A DNA stretch of 64,000 bases from Octopus sinensis (lineage: Eukaryota): NCBI RefSeq assembly GCF_006345805.1, contig NC_043009.1:28396001-28460000 (forward strand), written 5' to 3'. The notes under the pieces are model-generated. The model did no database searches, was not told the DNA's origin, and saw only the letters and a list, made by a program, of their open reading frames with translations. Shown here in pieces: positions 41,079 to 55,790 of this stretch (within the stretch, counting starts at the first letter, position 1; each line of letters opens with the position of its first letter). The position numbers and the translations under genes are program-made.

Positions 41079-43117
41079 GCATGTATGTATATAAATTCAT
41101 GTGTGTCTGTGTGTTGTGTAATTGTATCTATCTAATAAAATTTGCTGGAGTCATTTTGCAATTAAATTAGTCACAATGTCTCACAAAAGCTGCACTGATA
41201 TAAATAAATAATGCATATTTTTACTCAGTGAACCATGAACAATTATTCGATTTTGTCCACCATGTAGAGACCCGATTACTTAAACATACTCTGTCTGACG
41301 TGCATCCCACTTACTAGTTCTAAAGATTTCCTCTTCCTCTTTGCTCTCTCTTCTCTCCTCTCTGTATCTCTCTGTCTCTTCCTGTCTATTCTCTCTTTCT
41401 ATTGACTCTTTCTCTCTTTTTTCCCTCGTTTGGTTCTCCCCAAAACTTGTGCAATGATGAACGACTAATATCCAACTAGCATGCAAACGGGTGTCTTTGA
41501 AGAATTCTTGTATTTCCTAACCTTAATTAAATCATACATGGTGAATTCAGTTTTCCCCGTTGATAAATTTATTGCCCTCCATCTACTGAATTTTATGTTT
41601 TTGCGTTTGGCAAAGAGTGATCAAGAAAGAGAGGAAGAGAAAGACAGAGAGTTGCAGGTAAGCATATTGATAGGGTGTTGGTTTCCAGGCAGAAAAGGTC
41701 AAAACTATATATTCTATTGCAAGCATCGAACCATGTCCATGGCAAACATACTAAATACATAATCATGAAAGCTTGTCTACTGAACTATGTATATATATGG
41801 ATAGCCATAAGAACAAGGAGACACACATTACTACAACGAATAGTGGTAGTCGGTATAGTGAGTTAACGACTTGTAGTTCTGGTTACAATTCCTTATATTG
41901 GTAAATTCTTTGACAAGGGGTGGGTTGTCCTCTTCTTCATAGGAAGAGATATCACTGAACTGTGTAACAACATGAAAACTAGAATGAATTTTTACATTGC
42001 GCAACACCTTAAGACAAAAAGACCTTCAAGAGTCAATTTGACTTTGTAGAAATAGCAACCAAAACACTACTTGCTATAAAATATTTATTAATACCGAAGC
42101 AGCATTAATACCAAAGCAGTCTTTATTTCCTACTTAATGTGGGTGATCTGGGAGAATGCTGAATACATAATGCAATATTCAATGCTCTAATTCTGTTATG
42201 TTTCATATAAAGATAGTTTTAAGACTTTCATTACAATTTCTCTGTTGATTTACACTGCTTTTGTTTCAAATCATTTTGGAAATAATGAAGTATTTTGTAA
42301 ATTAATTTGGTCATTATGAAGCTGGTTTTGGAGCATGAATTAACATGAAATTTTGATGGGAGGTTGTAGTTTGGATCACTTTCAAATGAAAAATAGAACC
42401 AAAATTGGTCTCAAGCAGAATGGTATCGGAAAGACTAATTTCCTGGCACTTCTTAAACACACTCTCACTTGAAATTCATTTCAAATAATTTTGAAAATAT
42501 CAAAGAATTTCATAACTTATTTTGTTATCATTAATCTGATGTTTGAAACATATATCAACCGTTTTAATACCAAGCTGCCAAAAAACTGCTCTGAACCACT
42601 AAGTTAGGAGGAAATAAAGACACCAGCACTGGTTGCGAAGCAGTGGTGGAGGACAAACTCGGGCCCAAAGACACACATACACATGCGCATACACACATGC
42701 CGCACACACACAAACACACACACATAATGGATTTCTTTCAATTTTTATCTATCAAAACTACTCACAAGGCTTTGGTCAGCCTGGAGCTGTAGTAGGTGAC
42801 ACTTGGGGACTGAACTCAGAACCATGTGATTGGGAAGCAAACTTTTTACCAGACACCCACACCTGCACTTTAATAAATGTACAAATACATGCATGCTTAC
42901 ATACACTCACACAAGCATACACACACATGCACACACATGCACACATACACATACACATACACACACATACACACACAAACACACACATACTCATGCACAT
43001 ACACACACACATACACACACAAAAACACACATACACACACGCACACAACCATACATCTACACACATACAAACACACATACACACACACATACATATATAT
43101 ATAGATAGATGGATACA

Positions 43118-43148
<31 letters not shown>

Positions 43149-43850
43149 TTGTACGTGTTTTTATTGATTATGAATTATGTAAATGCTTTTCATATACACA
43201 CAGGCACAAATGTAAATATATGTATATACGTGTGTGCGGGGGTGGGAAGCCGCTTGTGATACCCATTGGGGAGCCCCACCTCACTTCTCTACAAATTCTG
43301 ATTCATTTACGATTGCCACTCCCACAACGGCAGTTAATGATGTAGGAGTGGCATGGCAGATCCCCATCACCAACACTTTGGCTACACCAACGCCCCCGCC
43401 AGCACCACCACCCGAACCACCACCTGACATCCTGCTCATCCACCACAACCACACCACCACCACCACCACCACAAGCACCTCTACCTGATACTGCTCCATC
43501 ACCACCACCACCACCACCACCACCACCACCACCACCACACCACCACCACCAGTACCTCACTGCTTCCACTGCTACCACTACCACCACTGCAACTAATACC
43601 ACCACCATTACTACTACCACTCCCAAGATGACATTGAGATATGAAGTAACCCTGCTGATAGCCAGACCCTCAATAGCTGTAGGTGTGCCTACATATACGT
43701 ATGTGTGTGTGTGTGTGTGTGTGTTTGTGCATGTCTGTTGATGTGTGTGAATATATGTATGTACATGCACACGTGTCAGTGTGTGTAGGCATTGTGTATG
43801 TATCTGTGTATATATATAAATATCTATCAATCTATCTATATATATACATA

Positions 43851-43892
<42 letters not shown>

Positions 43893-45419
43893 TGAACATG
43901 TGTGTCTGTGTATGTATACCTGTGTTTGTGTGCATGTATGAGTGTAAATTTTCTGTGCATGTGTGCTGTGTGTGTGTGTGTACAGTCTTATACCTGTATT
44001 CATGTGTATGGTTGTAATTAGAAAGCAGGAGAGTGGTTGTGATGCGTCACTTTCGGCCATCAGAGGCTAGAAATGTTTACCTGTCTCAGTGATTAATGAA
44101 TGTATGTTATAGATGTATATATTAAGTCCTACAGGGCCAAGGTGTACCACGCTGAAGGTGTTAGGGTTCATTAAGAAGGAGCTGGAAGGGCTTTGTTCTT
44201 GCGGTCATTGTTGCCATCATCATCATCATCCTCATCATCAACATCATCATCATCATCATCGTCATCATCATCATCATTATCATCATCGTTGTCGTCATCA
44301 TCGTCATCATTATCACAATCGTCATCATCATCATCTTCCTCATCATTATCATCATCGTCATCATCATCACCATTATCATCAATGTTGTCATCATCATCAT
44401 CATCATCATCATCACCATCGTCGTCACCACCACCACCACCACCACCACCACCATCATCGCCATCACCATTAATCCTTTTGCATTAGGATTTCTTTATCAA
44501 ATGAAATGCTTATTTATTTGTATTGTTTTGAATTAATCCTGCATTATCTTGTAGCTTTGAGATTTCAATGACGTGATAGTTTTGGTTATAGAATGACATT
44601 GTCAAGCAAGTCTGAAAGGTCGGATGTGGTCAGTTTGAACATAAACTGGATAGAATATTCGGGCCGAACATGACTGGATTAAATTCTAAATGGTCAAAGT
44701 GGTTCACTGGTGAAGCCGTTAGCATGCTGGACAAAATGCTTAGTGGTGATTTTGTCTGTCTTTACACTCTGAATTCAAATTTGCTTTTCGTCCTTTTTGT
44801 AGTCAATGCAATAAAGTACCCATGAACCATTGGCACTGATGTGACTTTTCCCCTCCCCTCAAATCGATGGACTTGTTCTGGGTCAGAGCAAACCTGGAAA
44901 CAACAACAGCTAAGTGATGGTTCCACACTCCTGAAAATCCTGGGACTCCTGGACCAGACTCACTACCTGCTCATTCTCTTAACATGTAAGTATTCCATAG
45001 ATACTGGTATCCTCAGTGTAACACAATACATAACACGACTATACCTTTTGATCCAGACTTCTTTATAGTTTCTATCCATGCAATTTCACTTACAAGCACA
45101 GGGTGATCTGGGCTGTAGAAATGATGTGTGTCCTAGCTGCTGTGCAGTGAGATCGAACCCCTGACCTTATGGTTGTGAAGGAAAGCTTTTAACTATTTGG
45201 CTAAACCATATCTATACATATATACATATATACATATATACGCACATACACATATGCATGTTGCCCTTCTGTCATCAGGCAATATGCTATGCTTGAGAAG
45301 ACCTGTTGAGTCAGGCTGATGTCAGTGCCACCTGACTGGCACCCATGCCAGTATGCCAGTGGCACATTAAAAAGTACCATTTTTGCATTATTCTGCCAAA
45401 ATTAATTCTTTTTTATCCA

Positions 45420-45597
45420 CATTGCCTTGAACTAATCAAGCATTAATCTTGGTGCTATGAGATTTTGATGAGGTAGCTGTTAATTTTCAAAACAATATTG
45501 TAGGGTTGGTATGAGAGACCAGATCTGGCCAGTTTGAGCATAAAACAGGCAGAATACTTTTGGCCGGATATGGCCGGTTTAAATGCTAAAGGGTTAA
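45420..45597. mobile_element. piggyBac-like MITE right end
   Basis: Ends AATGCTAAAGGG|TTAA. Related ends at 44469 (left, degenerate) and 58945-58954 (AAAGGG|TTAA). Confidence 0.55.
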
Positions 45598-45818
45598 GCA
45601 TGGTTGATGCCAATGCTGCCTGGCTGGCACCCATGCCGGTGGCACATAAAAAGCACCATTTGAATGTGGTCGATGGCAGTGCTGCCAGACTGGACCCCAA
45701 AGTCCACTCTGCTGAGTAGTTGGTGTTAGGAAAGGAATCTAGCTGTAAAAGTCCTGCCAAAAGCAGTCACAGAAGTCTGGTGCAGGCTTGGAAGGCGGAT
45801 ATTAGGCGATGATGATAA

Positions 45819-45852
<34 letters not shown>

Positions 45853-48006
45853 GGTGGTGGTGATGGTGATGATGACAATGACAATGATGTCGGTTGGCAG
45901 TGATGGCAGCAGCAGCGGTGATGATGGTGATGACAACAATGAAGATAATGCTAAAGATGGTGAAGGTGACAATGGTGATGATAATGATGACAATGACATG
46001 GGTGACTGATGATGGTGGTGAAGATGAGGATGACGACAGTGACAATGCCGATGGTGATGATGATGATAATGATGATGACGATGGTGATGATGATGATGAA
46101 GATGACAATGATGATTAGGATGACAATAACATGGGTAACTGATGATGGTGGTGATGATGATGATGACGATGATGATGATGACAATGAGGGTGACGATGAC
46201 AACGACAATGGCAATGACAATGATGATGATGATGAAACTGTTACTGCTACTGCACCTGCTGCTCATGATGGCGATGATGATGATGACAAAGATGATGGCA
46301 AATATGATGTCAGACACTACCACTCTATTCTCCTTTCTCCCCCTCCCCGCTCTTTTTCCATATACACACATGCACACATCTCCATGTCTACTCACACACA
46401 CACACACATGTATACACAATATAGAAAAGCATTTCTTACCATTATTCTGAAGCTTAGCACTACAAGAGAGTAAAATCTAGTTCAGCAAGAAACACATCAA
46501 ACCAACTTTGATGCAGGACACTTGCTGGCTGTGAAACGAGACTCTAAGACAAAGGAAGAAACTTCAAATCTACTGTGGCACCACAACAGAGCTTTGGATT
46601 CTTTGAATTCTTCCGCTAGACACACACACACACACACACACATGCAGAAATAAATAGATAGGTGGCTAGATACATGCATGGCTGGATAGACAGAAAGATA
46701 GACATGTACATGTTTATGAGTGTGTATATACATATGTATATACAATAATACATACATATATATATACACACATATATATATTTATACATATACATATATA
46801 TATATACATACACATTTATATACATATATACACACACACACTTACACACATGCACACACGCACATTTATATATATATACACACAGATACACACACACATA
46901 TATAAATATACAGATACATATATATGTATATTTGTATATGCCAGTGTGTATATATGTATTATGTGTGTATGCATATACATATATATATATATATAAACCT
47001 GTATATATGTATATATATGTATGTATGTGTATATATATGTGTGTGTGTTTGTGATTCTACATACTGAAGTGACCATGTCAGCAACGGCGCTGCCAGCCAC
47101 AACACCAAGAACATCAACAATCAAGACCAGGACCGAAGCCCCCCACCCAACCCCTGCTGACAACCCCACTCCACCACCGCCACCGCCACCACCACGTCAC
47201 AACAACAACAGAGACGTTACCATAATTTGATTGTTTCTTTGTTTTTGTTGTGTTGCTTTGTTAAAGAAGATTCATTTCGTTCGTGCTTGAGTGAATTTGG
47301 CTCCTAAGAGATCTGTGTTTGTGTGTCTTGCTTCAATGGTTTCGCCTCTAGAGTGTGTGTGTGTGTGTGTTAATTGAATAAATATCCCTATACATCAATG
47401 TCTAGGTCTTTGACATGACACAGCAATAGCAAGCATGGAGAACCGACATATAATGGAGCTATACACACACACACTCACACATGTACACACACAGGCGCAC
47501 ATATACACAAACGCATATGCACACGTGCGTGCACACTTACACACACACACACGAGTCCACTCACCCAAGCATACATACCAACACATGCACAAAATACAAC
47601 ACATACATAAATACACAATCAGAAACCCCTACACAAACACACAGCACATATACATATGCATAAACACACACATATATATACACACACAAACAGTACATAC
47701 ACGCAAACACAGACGCACACATACACAGAGAAACACATATATGCACAAACATAAACAGTCATGCATATACACATACACACACACACACATACCCACACAC
47801 AGATATCCATAAACACGTACATATCTTCACACACATACCTTCACACACATACCCCCACAATACCCACACAAGCACACACACATACCCCCCACACACATGC
47901 CCCCCACACACATAACCCCCCACACACACATACCGAGGCACGTACCCACACACACCCTTATCCACAAATTTAGCCGAACAGATTCCTGAGCACTATTTCA
48001 CTGCAG

Positions 48007-48104
48007 GTTCTTCTTTTAGAGATATCCAAGATGTCTGATATTCCACAAACACTAAAGAAGAACTCTCATTGCAAGACAATATTTGGCTTAATAAATAGGA
48101 ATTG
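48007..48104 (+). CDS. Candidate internal exon, unidentified protein
   Basis: CTATTTCACTGCAG| (or TTCTTCTTTTAG| at 48020); open frame VLLLEISKMSDIPQTLKKNSHCKTIFGLINRNW; donor TG|GTTAGT. Confidence 0.35.
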
Positions 48105-49865
48105 GTTAGTGTCACCTGACTTTGGACAACTCAGCATTCTTTTATTCTTTTAATTTTTTCATTCATTGCACAGCAGCCATGCTGGGGTGCCATACTGAAG
48201 TCTTTTAGATGAGAAAATCAACCCCAGGACTTATTTGATTTTTTAAGCCTGGTCTTTATATTATTGGTATTTTTAGCTAAACCATCAAGTTACAGGGATG
48301 AAAACAAACCAACACCAGTTGTCAAGAGGTGGGTGGAGAGACAAACATAAATAAATATATATATATATGTGTATATACACATACACATATACAAACACAC
48401 ACACATTGCATATTCCATCTGCAAATTAGGAATATAATGATTATTACATATTATATATTTCTGAACTTCCTGAAACAGCTGTTGACTTAAGAAATTATGG
48501 ATTCTTTTCTTTGAATTTTGTATGTTTTATGTTCTTTGTAAATATATTTGCATAGATATATATATGTATATCTATATATGTTGTTATCTGTCTGAATATA
48601 TGTAGATATATTTGGGCTTCTTTCAGTTTCATTTACCAAATCCACTCACAAGGTTTTGATCAGCCCATGTCTGTAGCAGAAGAAACTTGACCAAGATGCC
48701 ACACAGTGGAACTGAACCCAAAACCATGTAAGTGGGAAGTTAACTTCTTACCACACAGCAATGGCTGCACTTATGGTTCTAATCACATTGGTGAATCTGC
48801 AAAATATATATATGTCACTCAGTTAAGAAATGAGACAGGATGTGATAATTGTTTTATCTATGAACATTTGAGGAAGATGAATTAAGAATAAAAAAGTTAT
48901 TTATGTATCCAAATATTGAATTAGTCAAGAAATATATACAACAAAAAATGCGATAGAACAAATAACCAACGTTCATATGAATGTATCAAAATTTGTTTCA
49001 ACCACAAGGAGAAGTCATTGTTATTGTACTTTGTACTTAAGATTATCAGACAAATAGTTAAAAACAATTTGAGCTGTCTGTATCTTCTCTGCACTCAGTA
49101 GGAAATCTGTTCTAAAAGTTTCTTAAAGTGATGAAGTTTTGACACCAAAATGTCAAGAGAATCAAAAGTGCACAACATACAAAAGCTTGTTAGAATGTTT
49201 ATATGCTTTGGATATACACTTTAATTCTCAAATGACATCAGAGTTTATATCATTTTAATTTAAAGTATAACCAAAATCTTTTTACAGTTATTAGATATAT
49301 GTTTTCCCAAAATATGTAACAAGAAAATCGAAAATAGAAACTGAATTGAAGTTGGTCATTCCACTACTGAGAATTTTGCAACATAGCAGTAAAAGAATGA
49401 TATGAATTCATCAACTATCTACAATACTATGAAATACAATTGCATTTTTGCAATAATATATCTTCTAAAAATGAAATTATTCAAATTATTTCATAGCTCA
49501 AAGGCGTTAACTAATAAGGATTCTAACAATGAAACCTTTCAAAACAAGTTATAATCATCATGAATATATTTTCATACTCCTGTAAGAAAATTAGGCTTAA
49601 ATTTCCCCCTGTGTGAGTTTTAATATCCATAAATTAAAATGTTCGTATAGAAAGGGAAAAAGTCATGATTTTGATGCTTTTACAACCAGTGCAATAATGT
49701 TTGTCAGCTTTGCTTATCAGAGAACAAACAAAAATTCTGTTCCACAATAGAAACATCCAGTCATAAATGAGAATCGGTTATATTTTGCTACCAAGTTGTG
49801 TTTTACTTTAAGAAATTTAAACAGAAGGAGAATAAGATAGTTACACCAATTATAAGACTACACTA

Positions 49866-50134
49866 GCATATGGTGTAGCAGTTAAGAGTGAGGGCTACTA
49901 ACCCCAAGATTCCAAGTTCGATTCCAGGCAGTGACCTGAATAATAACAACATCGAAAAATACCTTAGGTATGAGAACCCAGGTTTGAAATTTTCTCAAGA
50001 CGCCTGATGAAGGCTGGAGGGTATATCTCAGCTGAAATGTTGTGTTAACAACAAACAAGATGAGGACAAATATCCATCAAATGTAAATAAGGTAAATAAT
50101 TTACATATTTCCTCATCTCTTAAATATAGAACTG
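49866..50134 (+). mobile_element. HHR-SINE family 1, compact copy with minimal internal repeat
   Basis: tRNA-like head, short AATAATAACAAC linker, HHR 49999-50046 (CUGAUGA..GAAAUGUU), ends TATAGAACTG. Confidence 0.85.
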
Positions 50135-50321
50135 CATGAATTTAAGTTGTTGTAAATATTAATATTTATTTATACATAAATTGTCAATAAACATTATATA
50201 ATAATTCAGAATATATTCATCTATGTTTATCTTTAATTGTCTGGAGAATCTAATAAAAGATATGTTCTAGCGTCAACTAACATATAAAGTTTGATGAACT
50301 ACTTTCCAAATGACTTTGTAG

Positions 50322-50366
50322 AAGTTAAAACTCTTGAAGTTGTCTGATGAGCTTCTACAAGAAATG
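50322..50366 (+). CDS. Candidate 45-nt exon (phase 0 to 0)
   Basis: TTTGTAG|KLKLLKLSDELLQEM|GTAAGT; perfect donor consensus; the other two phases contain stops. Confidence 0.35.
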
Positions 50367-50935
50367 GTAAGTATTGTCTGTTAAATAAAAGCTATAATAA
50401 ATTATTTGTATGGCAAACTTGATGCATTATGTTGGTGCATGTGAATAACGGTGTACTGACAAGGATAGAGAAAAACTGCAGATAAGGGGAATTACATGTA
50501 GCACACAAGGGTGATGACTCTCTTGTTACAGCCATGTGATGTGCAAAGAGGGTGGCACTTAGGTAAACAGGAGCCACATGGTCTAAACACAAAGAAATGT
50601 GAAAGATCACAGAATTTATGAGAAGAGGAGGTTAAATAATTGATATTTTAGTGAAATAAGTTTAAAATTCATGTTTTAATTCCTGTTGGCTTTAATGTTC
50701 AATGCCATGACATCAGGTCAAATAGTATATACATATATATATATATATATATATCCATTATGTTTTAGTTTTAGTATAATTTAGGATATTTCTTCACTGT
50801 ACTTCATACATTTTCAAGTTTTACACTGTACAACTTGAAAATGTATGAAACATTGAAGTCAGTTTAAGCACTCTCTCTCTCTCACTCTCTCTCTCTTCCA
50901 TTCACTGCATCACTCTAAGAAACTAAAAGGAAGGA

Positions 50936-51094
50936 ATTATGTACATTATTTACATTATTTACATTTGACGGATATTTGTCCTCATCTTGTTTGTTGTTAA
51001 CACAATGTTTCGGCTGATATACCCTCTAGCCTTCATCAGGTGTCTTGGGGAAATTTTGAACCTGGGTTCTCATTCCTAAGGTATTTTTCAATGC

Positions 51095-51141
<47 letters not shown>

Positions 51142-51244
51142 TCACTGCCTGGAATCAAACTTGGAATCTTGGAGTTAGTTGTGGTTAAGAGAGAAGGCTA
51201 CTAACCCCAAGATTCCGAGTTCAATTCCAGGCAGTGACCTAAAT

Positions 51245-51292
<48 letters not shown>

Positions 51293-51462
51293 AACAATAA
51301 TAATAATAATAATAATAATAACATTGAAAAATACCTTAGGAATGAGAACCGAGAATCGAAATTTCCTCAAGACACCTGATGAAGCCTGGAGGCTATATCA
51401 GCCAAAACGTGTTAACAATAAACAAGATGAGGACAAATATCGTCAAATGTAAATAATGTAAA
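50936..51462. mobile_element. HHR-SINE family 1 inverted dimer with 12-bp TSD
   Basis: Minus copy 50936-51180, plus copy 51181-51462. TAAAAGGAAGGA (50924-35) / TAAAAGGGAGGA (51463-74). HHRs at 50999-51044(-) and 51371-51413(+). Confidence 0.8.
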
Positions 51463-52596
51463 TAAAAGGGAGGAGTTAGTTGAAATGTATATTCAAAGTT
51501 AGAATACATTAAATGGAACTTAAAGCTCTGCTACTTATTCTAGTTTTTGCTTCGTTCAGCTCTAATCATTTTAATTATTTAACTTAAATATTTAATACAA
51601 TATAATAACTTCTACAAACAAACTTAGATTGTCTGTACGATAAAAATGTAAAATGGCTTCAGGAGAAAAATAAATCTTTTTCATTTATACTTAATTAAAT
51701 CGTAACGAAACTAACTAATCTTTTGAATTCTTAATTAAATTATGGGGCAATAAATATTAAGAAAAATCTTTGTACAATGTAAAAATTACTCTGAAGCTTC
51801 GTGCAAATGTTACACAATGATGCTGAGATTTATCAGTGTTCTGCGATCTTCAGAAAAATATCTTGGTTTGGTTTTGTTGATGTATCACTTTCTAAGAAAT
51901 GCTTGATTTAGAGAATAATTTAAATCGGTAACGCTGTTACAGGGCCATAGATTTCGTGGGGAGGGAGGGATAAGGGATAATATCAAACCCAGTATTTTAC
52001 TGGTATTTTATTATAGGGATCTCCAAAAGCCAAAGGAATCAAAAGGCAAAGTTGACCTCAGTCAGATTTGTACACACACACATACACACATACACACACT
52101 TATACACACATGCATACATACACACATATACTTTTATATATATATATATATATACAACCTATAAACAAGGGCAAAAGAAATTTATTTCTATAATTTTAAC
52201 CTTTAAAGGTATTTTAATATGCTGCTACTTGTTTGATGAAATTTTTCTGTAAAAAACTTCATCCTATATTAGTAGTAGTAGTAGTAGTAGTAGTATATAT
52301 ATATATATCATCATCATCATCATCATTGTTATATATAAATAATCACAAGTAGACTTTGGAGTAATCCATATATTTGATATTGTCAATTTTTATACTCCTG
52401 GAAGCCAATAAGGTTAAGGAAATATATTCAGAATTATCCAACGGAATAATCCTCTAATTTCTTATCTTATTGGAACATTATTGGATTTATGTTAAGTGTT
52501 GAAGAACATATACTGAATGCCTAACCAAGAGCGAACTGGTAAACGTTTGGGGTGATCTCTTACTTTTTACTATTACACGCATGCACACACACACAC

Positions 52597-52652
<56 letters not shown>

Positions 52653-52764
52653 AATATTTGTATATATGTGTGTATGTCTATATACATGCAGATTTGTATG
52701 TTTTGTTTTATGGAGCTCTTCTATTGCATATAGTTTCATATCTAGACATGCTTATATATACTTA

Positions 52765-53415
52765 AATGATAAACTTCTGGAAAGTTTTACAGTGATAGAG
52801 TGAATCCGTAGTCTTTGAATCAGCTTTTTTTCTTTCTGATTTTGAGAAGCCTCATTTCTCAAGTTTGGTATCTAGTCAGTTTGTTACATATCTCAGGGCC
52901 CCAAGAATTACAGGTATAAACCTGAACTTGTAATCTGGATAGAGTAACTGCGGATTTCTCAATAGTTCAGAGTAGGTATTTTCTTTTTTACTGATCTTCA
53001 GCTTTATGTTAACATCCACTGGGCAGCTAATTTCCACAACTGTACACAGTTTCTCTTCTCTATCCCTAATCACTATATCAGGTCTGTTGTGCTTACATTT
53101 TATTGAGGTCTTCACTGGTACATTCCACCAGTACACCTTTTTATTATGAGTTGGCTATGGCTTCTACCATACTGTGTTTTTATTCCTTTGTCCTCAGAGT
53201 TATCCTTTTGAGTGTCCTAGCTGCATCATGACTCATCAGTAGATAGTACTGTGATGACATTTCGGACAACTGCTTATGATGTGGGTGATATCTTCAGTGT
53301 TAACGCCACAAAGTCTGCATCAGTTGTCCCATTTTTACTTCATCTGTCCCTTTTGTGCATCTAGTAGTTGGTCGATATTTCCTGGTCCTGGATTGCAAAT
53401 GCATGCCATTGAAAG
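52765..53415 (-). mobile_element. R4/Dong-type (R2 superfamily) LINE remnant: CCHC knuckle plus REL endonuclease
   Basis: AFAIQDQEIST..CRLCGVNTEDITHIISSCP..HNRPDIVIRDREEKLCTVVEISCP..K.KEN.Y..IPVILGAL, with frameshifts and stops. Confidence 0.85.
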
Positions 53416-53818
53416 TGGGAGGTTGTATGTATGTTTGTATGTATGTATGTGAGTGTATCTATGTGTTTATGTATGTGTGTGTATGTATGTGTGTACGTAT
53501 GTATGTGTGTATGTATCTATGTGTGCATGTATGTCTGCAAGTATGTATGTATGTGTGTATGTTTCCTTTAAGTATTTTTACTTGAAGAATTCAAGCTGGC
53601 CCCAATCCACATGGCAAGGCATTCTTTTCTTCTTTCTGCAATCAAGACAGGTGTTGAGGGCTTGTGGTTGCCTGAATCGGTTGATCTGTATGTACAGATG
53701 CATGCTTGTACTCATGGAAAAATTTGCATCTGTGTGGTGGCCATACATTTCACTTTAGTAATACAACTGGCTGTGCTTCACACATTTTATGCCTTCAATA
53801 AACAAGTATTTGTCTTTC

Positions 53819-53866
<48 letters not shown>

Positions 53867-54539
53867 TGTGTGTAAAGTGTGTGGAAAGAAGAGAAAATTA
53901 TAAGGAAATTCAAAAGCAGAGGTAAGTGTTAAAATATGAAGTCTCAGTTATCACATACACTCACACACACACAGATACACACACATACACATGCACACAC
54001 TCACACACAGAGTTGCACACACACACAGATACACGTACACTTACACACTTACACACACACAGAAGCACACTCACACATACACAGAAGCACATATATACAC
54101 CCACTTACACACAGAAAGGCCTACACACACTCACATACACGCAACACCCTCAAATTGCCCCCCCCCCTCATTCCGTTAAATATAATTTCTCTCATCTTAC
54201 TTCCCAGATGTGGTCCTAAATTGATTTTGAAGGAAGTTCCACACCCTTTTGTTTGATAATAATTAATGGTACAGCACTTTGAACACCTGGGTACATAACG
54301 AGATAGCAGGATGGTGGAATAAACAGTGATAGGTGTGTCTATGCTGAGGGGGAAAGGGTAGGTTTAATAGTGGTGGCTGTGGTGTTACTGGTGGTGGTGT
54401 TGGTATACATGATTGCGGTGCAATTGGTGGTATGTGGGATGGTGGTAAGGGTGATGGTGGTGGTGGTAGGGGTAATAGTTGAAGGTGTTGTGTTGGTGCT
54501 AGTTGTGTTGTGAACAGTAGCTGGATCACTGTGATAGAG

Positions 54540-54917
54540 AAATGAAATGCAGTAGTCGTAGATGCAGTAGTAGTACTAGTAGTAGTAGTAGTAGTAGTAA
54601 TTGTAGCATCAACAGCATAGCAGTAGTTGTAGTGGTAGTAACTGCTGTTCTAGTGGTGGTAGTGGTAGTAGTAGTAGTTTTAGTAGTAGTAGTAGTAGTG
54701 GTAGTAGTAACTGCTATTGTAGTGGTAGTAGTAACTGCTATTGTAGTGGTAGTAGTAGTAGTGGTAGTAGTAACTGCTATTGTAGTGGTAGTAGTAGTAG
54801 TGGTAGTGGTAGTAGTATTGGTAGCGTTTAGGTGGAGCTGAGGCTTGATGGTGAAGTTGTGCTGGTGATGGTATTGACAGTGATGGTAATTAGATGGTGT
54901 TGATGGGTTGGTAATGG

Positions 54918-54952
<35 letters not shown>

Positions 54953-55033
54953 GCTATGGTGGTGATGACAACGAGAATACTGATGATGATGACGATGATG
55001 ACAATAATGAAGACAGTGTTAGCAACTATGATT

Positions 55034-55065
<32 letters not shown>

Positions 55066-55661
55066 ATGATGATGATGATGATGATAGTGGTGGTTGTCAC
55101 GAAGTGGATGGTGATGACTAACGATGCTAGGGACAATGACAACAACACAATCACAACGACCATGACAACGAAAACGAAGACGACGATGTCGATGATGATG
55201 ACTATGGTGACGATGATGATGATGATGGTGATGGTGATGATGATGATGATGGTGGTTGTGGTTGTGGTGGTGGTGGTGATGATGATGATGATGGTGATGT
55301 GATGATGATGATGATGTGGTTGTGGTTGTGGTGTGGTGGTGATGATGATGATGATGGTGATGGTGATGATGATGATGATGGTGGTTGTGGTTGTGGTGTT
55401 GGTGGTGGTGATGATGATGATGATGATGGTGATGGTGATGATGATGATGATGGTGGTGATGATGATGATGATGATGATGATGATATGATGATGATGATGA
55501 TGATGGTGGTTGTGGTTGTGGTGGTGGTGGTGGTGGTGATGATGATGATGATGATGGTGATGGTGATGATGATGATGATGGTGGTGGTGGTGATGATGGC
55601 AATGGTGATAATGATGATGATGGTGATAGTGAAGATGATGTTGATGGTGGTGATGATGATG

Positions 55662-55693
<32 letters not shown>

Positions 55694-55790
55694 GATGAAC
55701 ATGTTCATGATAACGATGATGGTGGTGGTGGTGGTGATAATCGCGATGCTGCTGCTGCTGCTGCTACCACTGCTGATGATAATGGGTGTG
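54540..55790. repeat. 1.25-kb imperfect (TAG)/(GAT)/(GGT) trinucleotide array with higher-order units
   Basis: Directly visible; source of the 358-aa poly-H/T/S/I pseudo-ORF. Confidence 0.95.

Noticed and set aside
50400-50610. Possible I-clade LINE C-terminal knuckle (SSPLCATCNSP) on the minus strand
   Set aside because: Needs several frameshifts and substitutions to fit; not supportable without a search.
53225-53245. CTGATGAG on the minus strand
   Set aside because: Lies inside LINE coding sequence with no stem or GAAA.
54526-55602. 358-aa His/Thr/Ser/Ile-rich ORF and similar ORFs at 9461-9895, 27059-28663, 44113-44486, 45802-46473
   Set aside because: Trinucleotide arrays lacking stops in several frames on both strands; no splice or homology support.
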